This document shows positions 53,645 to 64,000 of a stretch of 64,000 nucleotides of DNA, piece after piece; the stretch's first letter is position 1, and each line of letters begins with the position of its first letter. The DNA is from Eledone cirrhosa (lineage: Eukaryota). The notes under the pieces were generated by a model, which had not been told where the DNA came from, did not search any database, and saw only the letters and a list, made by a program, of their open reading frames with translations. The DNA is taken from assembly GCA_964016885.1 (NCBI GenBank), contig OZ024741.1, positions 383,470,001 through 383,534,000 of the forward strand, read 5' to 3'. Position numbers and translations under genes: made by a program.

Positions 53645-56268
53645 CTAACGTGTACATAATCGACATTAATACCTACCACGACCTCATACGGAAGGAATTA
53701 CATAAAAAATATAAGAAAACCAATAACCAAGCACTACTTAAAATCAACAAACAAACACACCATATTGTCAAAAGTCTAGAACTTGAAGATAGAACCGAGC
53801 CCATGACAACTTGCACCCCACCTTTAATCTTAAGGACCACAAATTAGATTTCCTAGATAAACCCACAATTAGATTAATATGCCCTTCTAAGTCAGACATA
53901 GGTAAAATTAGCAAGCATATTTTAGATAGAATAATAATACAATTAAGGAATAAACTAGTTATTATACTTTGGGACAATACTAGCGACACAATTAAATGGT
54001 TTAATAGTATAGATAACAAAAATACCTCTAACTTTATACAATTCGACATTAATGACTATTACTCCTTCATATCACCCGATACTCTAAACAAGGCACTAGC
54101 ATTTGCGAAAGCCAACTCTGACTTAACCGACGACGAAATAAACATTATCCAAGCAGCTAGAAAGACGATAATTAAATTTGAAAATAACCTTTGGGTACGT
54201 AAGGATAGAATAGATAACTTTGACATAACTATGGGTGCTAATGACTCAGCACAAGTTACGGATATTGTTGGTATATACATAGCCCACACCTTACATAATA
54301 AATTTAGTTACCTTCAAGGCGGAATATATAGAGATGACGCTCTCCTATTAGTTAAAAACATGAATAAACAAAACATAGAGCGAACCCGTAAGAGCATTAG
54401 AAGAACCCTAGATAGCCTTGGCCTCAAAATCACCTACGAATATAGTACCAAAGTAGTTAAATTCCTAGATGCCACCTTCAACCTCAACACCCAAATTATC
54501 ACACCCTTTCACAAAAACAATGAGAAACTCACTTACATCCACACTAGCTCTAACCACCCACTATCTATTATAAGGTCCGTGCCACATAGTATATCACTTA
54601 GAATATCCCGCCTCTCATCTAACCAACAAATATTTGATCAACACGCTGAATATTACAACACTGCATTAGAACGGGCTGGCCACACCGACAAACTAGAATA
54701 CATAGACCGACACAACCATAAAACACATAACCATAGACACGCCAAACGCCCCCACAAACACCCGCACACACGCACCTAGACCCCCTAATACTAACCACAC
54801 CACAAATACGACAGCAACATCAAAGCAAAACAGAACACGGAGTAGATCTTACATTTGGTATAATCCTATTTTTAACTCTTCTATTAGCTCTAACTTACGT
54901 TCCACATTCTACAAAATTATAAAAAAACACTTTCCAAATTCACCTAAATATAGTAGTATACTTAATACCAAAACAATTAGACTATTTTATTCCACTGAAC
55001 CAAACCTAGACGCACACATTAAGATGCTCAACGCCAAAAAACTCCGTAACAACAACACCCCAATCCCCCAACACAATAATACACCTAATACACAACCACC
55101 CACTAACAAACAGTATGCACAAAACACACTCACACACACATCCCAGCCCACCTATAACTCCACCACTGCCCATAACAGAAATTGTAATTGCCACCTTCCA
55201 GAGACTTGTCCATTGAATAACGAATGTTTGCATTCAAACCTAGTGTACAGGTGCTCGATTGAGTCGGACAACCAAACCTGGCACTACATAGGCAGCACTG
55301 CAAACACCTTCAAAACTCGTTGGTACACGCATCGTTACGCAATAAAGCACCCCCAACACCGTTACGTAACGACTCTCGCCGACAAAATTTGGCACTTAAA
55401 AGGGAGTAACCGACAATACACCCTTAAATGGACCAAACTCTCACATGCTCCTCCATACCGGAGTGGGATGAAAACGTGCCCGTTGTGTAATAATGAGCTC
55501 TTCCATATCCTAAGCTCAGGCCACCAACTACTCAACAACAAAATTGAAAGGTCAATATTTTGCCAGCATAAACTAAAAGCAAAGTTCTCACACTTCAAAC
55601 CTTCAACTAAACCTTAACACTACCTCTCTTTCTTTTCTACCCTAAATAACAATTCCACACTCCTAAAAATAGACTATATATGAAATTTAATACTTTCTTC
55701 CTTCATCTATTCTCTGGTAAAACTTTCGCCTGTCCACTACCAACTGCCACTTAAAATTTTATCTTCCTTCTCTCTCCCTCTACTCATCACAACTTTTAGC
55801 ACACAACCCTCCTCCCCCTCCCTTCTTGTAACTTAACTATATTCTATACAAATCCTCTCACACCACCCTATCTCTTTCTCTTTCTCTCCCTACCTCCGTC
55901 CCTTTTATCTCTCTCCCTTCTTTTGCCCCTCTCCCTCTCTCTCTCTCTGTTCTTCTATCTTACACTACTACCCCTTATTCCATTTCCTAAGGTCATTTCA
56001 ACTTTGTATTTTGAAAATTCGGATGCCACAGTATCTTTCTTGATTGCCTATTATTACATAGTGTAGCAATAATGGACTGAAATTCTGATGAAACAATTGT
56101 TAATACGTGGATTAAATCCTTTTGTAACTGTTTACCTTCGTCCTATTTCTCTTTTTTGATTACACTCCTCGTTTGTTCCTGTTTCCACTACTGAATCCCT
56201 ACCAACCTGTCGAGTCACCTTAACGTATGTTGATAACTTTCCTCACAACTTGTTCTACCAAGCTTTGG
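53645..56268 (+). mobile_element. 5'-truncated Penelope-like element with well-preserved RT, GIY-YIG and HHR tail
   Basis: LKDHK.DF...PTIRLICPSKSDIG, FIQFDINDYY, FDITMGANDSA, IYRDDAL, VKFLDATFNL, SNHP (53811-54779); CNC....CPL...C...NLVY.C...YIGSTANTFKTRW (55024-55617); HHR at 56005-56107. Confidence 0.92.
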
Positions 56269-56469
56269 AATATCCCTAATTACTGAATATATATATATAT
56301 ATATATATTTATAGAAGAGCTTCTACAGGACTAGAACTGTTTCATTCGTGAGAAATCATCTGCTATGTATTGAGTACCTTACTTACTGTGGTTACCTCCG
56401 ATTCAATCCGGAATAACTTATATATATATTTATATATATGTGTGCGTGTGTGTATATATATATATAAAC

Positions 56470-57845
56470 AGGTAGACAAGTCTCGTTGGGTTCTGGGCCC
56501 CAATTTCTTCAGCCTGTCATGAGAAAAATGGAAAACAAAGATGACCGCCTATGGTTGATTGTGCTTTCCCTTTGCGGATATGACATGAGAGTTCACGCAG
56601 GGGCATGTAATATAGAAAAAGTATACAAAAGAAGGGGTTATTTTTAAAAAGGGGGTAAGATCAAAGGGAGGCAACTCTTGGGAGACCACACTCAATTCAG
56701 AATGGAAATAGAAGTACAATAATTTCTTCTAGTTGACTCCAGGGATCACATTTCACTGAAATACAATATAATCAGTAACTCGAAAGATACCTCTGGACCT
56801 GTTAGTCAGGCCTAAGCCATTTATCCAAAATATATTCTTCACTTGGGGACAACCACTAAAGAAATCGAGTCGTGTGTTGAGGCAGTGCTTATCCGAAGCT
56901 AATTGTGAGAGTATCCAGCATTTTTCGGAATTACAAAGCCGACAAAATTTCAACCCATTTACGTAGGCGGTGGATTTTCCGAAAAACGCCATTTGATGGA
57001 AAAAGGCGTGCCATTACTCTTAAGGTCCCATACGTGGTTTGCGAACTGGGTGGTATGCTTTTTATCAGGATATCTGAATGTTGTTTCTTGATTCCAGAAC
57101 CGGTTTTTAAACTGGCTCTTGGACATACCAACATAGGTCCAGGCTTCAGTTTGGTGGTTTTGGTTGGTGGAGGTAACCTCTGCTTGATATATCACTGCCG
57201 GAACGTTGCACTGTTGTCTTGTGGACATGTATCAGGTCTTCTACATGAGCATCCGTACAGTGGAGGGCCTTTGTGTTTGCCGGTGATATAAGTTTTTACA
57301 TTGTTGGTACAAGAGTATCCTATTTTTACTGTATGGCGATCTTTCGGTATTTATGGCCAAAAGGGAAATGGAGATCTATGAGGCCTAAGAATTTTTGGCC
57401 CACATTTTTATTTACATTAAGTGAGATAGGTGGGGCGAACCATATGAAATGTTTATGTCTAGGTTTTTTCTTGTTCGATGAAGGGTGGTGATCTGGAGAG
57501 TATGTAATATTTTCAGGGAAGCCGCTGTTCCTCAACGCAAAATTATAGTAGGGTGCTTGCCCTATCAAGATGACTTTGCTGGAGGAGAGGTTGGAATCCC
57601 CCTTGCTAATGTTGTTAATGAGGTTTTTAAAAATTATAGGGGGGTGGCCTGAGTCCTTATAGATGTATCGAAGTTCCTCACTGGGTTTGTGGAATGGCCT
57701 ATACATGCGTGTCTGTAGCTCTAAATTAACGTCTAGGAAGTTGACATTAGTGAGATTAGTGACTATCGGAATTTTTAAACGTATTCTGTTAAAGTTGGCG
57801 ATTAAGTTTTTCCTAAAGGTGTGCGGGTCATGACCGCTTTTATAT
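56470..57845 (-). mobile_element. 5'-truncated Penelope-like element (RT C-terminus + GIY-YIG)
   Basis: VNFLDVNLEL, YRPFHKP, SGHPP, IWFAPP.S.NV; VIYQAEV...TYVGMS..QFKNRF; CRLCNSEK..I...LN. Confidence 0.85.
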
Positions 57846-57849
57846 ATCT

Positions 57850-57976
57850 GCGCTGTCAAATGGTCTTTCCAGGAGAAGGGCTCAAGCCCGACACGTTGAA
57901 CTTTCTTTCCTCTTTCCAATATAAAGCGTAAAACTAATAAGAGATTGTGTACCTCTGTTTGTTGCCTCTTTGAACT
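57850..57976 (+). repeat. Short PLE-type tail family (also 41260-41365 and 51030-51122) with degenerate or partial HHR
   Basis: agggc....gccc-GA(A/C)A-.gt.g hairpin followed by agcgt.aaa.taataa...ctctgttt. Confidence 0.5.
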
Positions 57977-58653
57977 ATATATATATATATATATGTAGAT
58001 AAATCTACCAAAATATACGGTAGTGTCCAATCCGTATGAAGAACTCAATGTAATCCAAATATCATGAAAAGAGAAGATGTATTCAAAGATTTTCGATAAA
58101 AATCATATGAAAACAGAGTCAAGATAAATTAATAAAAACAATGAAATAAAAACAAGGTACAAGTTCCTTATATTAAAAAATTCATAATTTTACGATCCTT
58201 TCTAGGATGTATATGTGTGTTGGTATGTATATTATATAGATCTATGTAAAATATTACAAATTATCAGAGGAAATATACATACCTTCACATATACATGCTG
58301 TCTTCAGAAATGATGAGATTAGTTTATTGAAAGAAAAAAACAAAGATTTAATATAAAAGGTCTGTTTGCGAACAGGTTTTGAATTGACAAATAGAAAAGT
58401 AGTTAGAGGCCAAGTTGATAGAATAGTGGTAGTAGAAATTTAATTTAGGGGTAGAGGAGGTAAAGGACTTATGTTTTGAATGAAAAGAATACTTTGGGGA
58501 TGAAAAGAGATCAAGCCAGTGAAGGGTACACGAAAATTTGATGTTATTAAAGAATAATGTTAAAAACGAAGGAAAATGAAATTTTAGGGTAAGGGTATTA
58601 GTGAGAAATACCAATCTTATTTAAACCACAAGGAATCTATATCTATAACAAGA

Positions 58654-58713
<60 letters not shown>

Positions 58714-59554
58714 CGGCGATGAATTTGTTTTGCGAGGTTTTTTATATGAAATCGTGTGTCGAAACAAATATTGTTATACTTGGGGAGGGTCATATTGCTG
58801 TATTGTAAGTCTACGACATTGTTCAATGGCGTAGACATACAATACAACAGGAGGAACATAATAGCACCACTGATGATGTTGCAGATGTGCAACGAAAGAA
58901 CTTTGTTAGACTCTATATATGTGTTTATATCTATATTATATCAGTATTTTTGACCGTTGGTCAGTCAATGATAAACATTGAGGACCAAATGAATTAACTG
59001 TGGAGATATAAAAGATGCAGAAGCGAAAACCAACCAAACAGTGAGTGTGTTCTGATATTATTTCTGGCAATATTATTACAACAATATGACCCTCCCCAAG
59101 TATTACAATATTTGTGTCGACACACGATTTCGACACACGATATATAAATATATATATATAGTGAAAGAGTTAACAATACCATGGTCAGCTGTACAAAAAG
59201 GGTTTTATTTACAGTATTAACAATTGTTTCATTGATCAAATGAGTCTAAAGGCCGCTAATCACTAGAAATTGCGTCACTCGACCTTAAATATATCCTATA
59301 TATATTTATATATATATATATATTGTCGCAACACCAGTCTGTGGAGCAAATCAGTAATGGAGTCGGATCCATAACTTGTATGGGTGACCCTGAGCCAATC
59401 CTCTGCGAAACGAGCGTGACCAGTCAATATACAATAAAAACCTAAATCCATGTAAACGAAACTTCAACGTTCTTATTGATATATACACACTACCTGCGCA
59501 TCGAATTCTTGTTTTGGTACCACCTATGTCTCTCTCTCTCTCTCTCTCTCTCTA

Positions 59555-59615
<61 letters not shown>

Positions 59616-60231
59616 GCTCTGCTTCTGTCACTCTCTTTCTCGCTCTGTGTGTGTGTGTGTGTGTATGTAAGTATGTATGAATATATGCATGCATGTATGT
59701 ATGTATGTAAGTATGTATGTATAAAACTTGTGATTGTGTGAACTTTCAGGATATAGAGAGAACTAATGTTTGATTGTTAGAACTGGTGTGTATACAGTAC
59801 TTAAAGCATATATATTTCCAAATTAATGTTCAGGGTATGGTCATGGATTCAGCTCCCAGAGAAGAAAATGCCTATAACCATAGAATCACCTGGAGAAATC
59901 AAAAGGGTTACTCCCGTGACAACCCATGTATAATTATGGTTGTTTCTCCAAATTTACAAAATGACACGATGATTTTCAGAATAGTGGTTATGATATTAAC
60001 TGAAAATACTGGTTACTCACTGGGGTACATGAATTTCCTTTTTGCAACTAATTACTTTGGAAATTTCGATAATACAAACTTGGGATACCTGTCAGCAATT
60101 TATATTTTCAGCTTTAATGAATGCATATATCATACGCTACAATGTTATAAACTAGTATTGATTTTGGTATTTCAGTTGTTTTTGATTTTTGCTTTTGATG
60201 TTGTTTGCTTTTACAAATACTCTCATGAATA

Positions 60232-60308
<77 letters not shown>

Positions 60309-60327
60309 ATGTGTGTGTATGTGAGTT

Positions 60328-60413
<86 letters not shown>

Positions 60414-60863
60414 CGTGTGTGTGTGTGTGTGTGTGTCTATCTATCTACCTATATATATATATATATATATATATTCTTTATGCTACGATTTATACATATT
60501 GGACGTACAATATTTCATCTGTAATGGGAATCATCTACAGGCAATCAGTAAAACATGCGTGGACGGCAAAATTATTCATTAAATGAATAATTTTATAAAA
60601 TTATTCATTTTATGAAATTAAAAAAAAATTCGACTCAAAGAGATCCAATTTCATGAATATATAAGTAGAAGTAGTGAGTGTGTATAGCTTTCTTATTAGA
60701 GAAAAACAAACATTGATGAGAGAATCACTATCTCATATTCTCCGATTATAACGCCATAAATCAAAACATTTGTACCAATACATGGCTAGAATGTATTTAT
60801 ATAATACCATGCCTGATACATATGAATACTCTTAGTTAGGGAGCCTTTATGTGTGTAGATATT

Positions 60864-60996
<133 letters not shown>

Positions 60997-61149
60997 TTAT
61001 TTATTTATATATATATATATTTATTTATATATATATTTATTTATATATATATATTTATATATGTTTCGTTTCTGAATTTGTTTAGCGAGATTCTTTATCT
61101 GGTGCGTGTGTTTCTTATTGGCAACATGACCCTCCCAAAACATAACAAT

Positions 61150-61482
61150 ATATATATCTGGCGCGAAATTTATTATAATTATTTACAAACCAATCAAATT
61201 ACTTCTCGAAAAACCTGGCATTTCGAGCCACTTTTTCCATATAAAACAAGTAACATTCAGAGACCAACCAGATGCGAGAAAAACCACAGACCCTCCATCT
61301 TAACTCACCTTTTGAAAAGCAGAAGAACTGCGAAACCGGTAAAGGAACCAAATAAATATATATATTTTTTAAAAAAATAAGACTCCAGTTGCATTTTCCA
61401 TTTCATATCTTTATCTTTATACTTTCACTCGTGTAGGACACCTCTGTTATTTTTCATTTTATAAAAAAAACCTCACTTTCTA
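61150..61482 (+). mobile_element. Solo PLE tail homologous to 43600-43967, with minimal U3-A8 HHR (61308-61345)
   Basis: cctt-TTGAAAA-gcag[aagaa]ctgc-GAAA-ccgg-TA-aagg. Confidence 0.7.
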
Positions 61483-61520
<38 letters not shown>

Positions 61521-62095
61521 ATATATACCCTATTTCGTTCTTACTGCTTCCTCTTTCTCTGTATATTTACCCTCTCTAAAAGTCACTCTCTCTGTTAGCC
61601 TCTTCCTCACCCTTCACTCACTCACTCACTCACTCTCTGTTGCTACCTCTCCTCCTCCTCCTTCTTCCCGTTTGACCTGTGCGTAATTCTTTTCTTTCGC
61701 ACCCTTGGTCAGGCTGGTTCGTCTTTTTTCTCTCTCGTCTACGATTTCACAGAACTTATGTTCACCGAATTCACAGACTCGATCCCTTCTTCCTCCCGTT
61801 AGACCTGTACGGAATTCCTTCCTTGCTCACATTCCAACCAGGTTTGATGGTCTTTATTCTCTCTCGTTCACGATTTCACCGAACTTATATTCATGGAAAT
61901 TTGGGACTTGACTCGTTCTTCCTCATTTTTCATTGCTTCACCATCTTTGTTTGTTTACACTCTCGCTGTCCACTTTATTTACGTGTCCCAACGACTTTTT
62001 TAGCCGTTGCTCCCACCAACCGAAGGTATATGGTCTTTAAAGCGAAGAAATACCTGTGATGGTTGGAAAATCACTGATGAAGGACCACTTTATTC

Positions 62096-62127
<32 letters not shown>

Positions 62128-62149
62128 ACCCTCTAGTTAAGACGTATAT

Positions 62150-62192
<43 letters not shown>

Positions 62193-62195
<3 letters not shown>

Positions 62196-62639
62196 AAAGT
62201 TCTATTTAAAATTGTTGGGATACAACAAGTAAATATTTTTATAACTGATATAAAGCACTCGACAAGTATTTGGAGTAGATACGATATTAATAAATGGAAA
62301 CTATATTTATAAAACCATATTTATTTCATTATACATATTTCAGGGATACCAAATTAAATTATGGTATGCCTTCATCAGACAAAATACAATATATAACAGT
62401 TTTACAAATAAGCTTTGACGCACCCTATTAAAATGCAACCATTGTTTTTCATCTATCCGGATGACTTCCAAAAACAATGGTTGCATTTTAATAGGGTACG
62501 TCAAAGCTTATTTGTAAAACTGTTATATATTTATTTTGTCTGATGAAGGCATACCATAATTTAATTTGGTATCCCTGAAATATGTATAATGAAATAAATA
62601 TGGTTTTATAAATATAGTTTCCATTTATTAATATCGTAT
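62193..62639. repeat. Fold-back (arms 62279-62449 and 62470-62639) of an HHR-bearing tail
   Basis: ttttgt-CTGATGA-stem II-GAAA-tatgta-TA-atgaaa at 62534-62594 (+) and 62324-62384 (-). Confidence 0.9.
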
Positions 62640-62997
62640 ATATATATATATGGTGGCTGCCAACTCGTTTTCGAGTACGGCCACTACTTTATATCCATGT
62701 AGGAGAACCCCTACCGATGCCCTGAACAAGTGTGACTTTTTAGTCCAGCCAGCGACTTGAAAACTCTGGTACAAACACTACACTTGTGACAATTATTGAC
62801 ACATAGTGCTTTGCCCTTGGTACCATGTGACGACAAGTGCAGAGAGATCTCCAGATATAAAGCAATGCCTGTGCCGTGAAGCTTTATAGTGAGCAAAGGC
62901 ACTGCACAAAGCCAGTCCCACTCTCTTAACCAAGATGATATTTACCAAAAAGAAGAACAAGTCAATATCATTGGATACATCAGGGTTGCAGGTGTTA

Positions 62998-63258
62998 TAT
63001 CAGAGTTTTCCTTCTCCTAGAATTCTGCCTTGACAAAGGCTAAGGGGTCATCTCTCCCAGTGATTTTGGATGGCCATTGACTCTTAAGAGCTCCTTTGCC
63101 CTTTGCCAGGTTTTGTTTTTAGTCCTGCAGGATGTCCAAAGTCACCCTCCTCACCAAGAAACCTTGGTAGGGTTGCCAGTTTAGTCGCCAACGACCCGAC
63201 CATGAGACAGGTTGTACTGGGATACATGTTACCAGTAGCACCAAGTGGTGACCTGACA
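62998..63258 (-). mobile_element. RTE 5'-UTR module
   Basis: Homologous to 23720-24017, the 5' end of the full-length RTE. Confidence 0.72.
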
Positions 63259-63783
<525 letters not shown>

Positions 63784-64000
63784 CACACATATATATATAA
63801 TCTATATATACGTCTTAACTAGAGGGTAAACTAATCTAAGTCAATCTATGCATTCCAAGAATTCAAACAGATGAAATTCAACCCTACCCACCAAACTATT
63901 TCGCACCAGCCATAGATTAAATTGAGAAACGTTTTTCAAAATCATATCCCATCTCTCTCAATCAAACATCACCCAGATTGCTCCAATTACTGGTATAAGA

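Noticed and set aside
59323-59530. Possible solo LTR (TG start, AATAAA)
   Set aside because: No matching CA end, TSD, PBS or second copy

Overview
AT-rich eukaryotic (non-prokaryotic) DNA saturated with (TA)n/(CA)n/(GA)n microsatellites. The repeat content resembles cephalopod (Octopus-like) intronic or intergenic sequence; this is an inference. No intact host gene is evident, and only one candidate coding exon is seen (14996-15124). The window holds a Chapaev3-type DNA transposon with TIRs and a TTA TSD, a near full-length decayed RTE LINE plus RTE fragments, several tRNA-derived SINEs, a 3-kb 30-bp minisatellite, and about ten decayed Penelope-like element (PLE; RT + GIY-YIG) fragments. The main hidden signal, found by manual folding, is a set of more than 20 type I hammerhead ribozyme (HHR)-like motifs. 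They sit in PLE tails, in head-to-head fold-back palindromes and in three unrelated ORF-less elements with ~556, 590 and 764-nt units. These elements are circularly permuted or tandem, are inserted in (TA)n, and look retrozyme-like. Several families carry a compensatory U3-A8 core (UUGANAA instead of CUGANGA) that a canonical-core search would miss. Most listed ORFs are microsatellite artefacts. All folds are by eye and no ribozyme activity has been shown.
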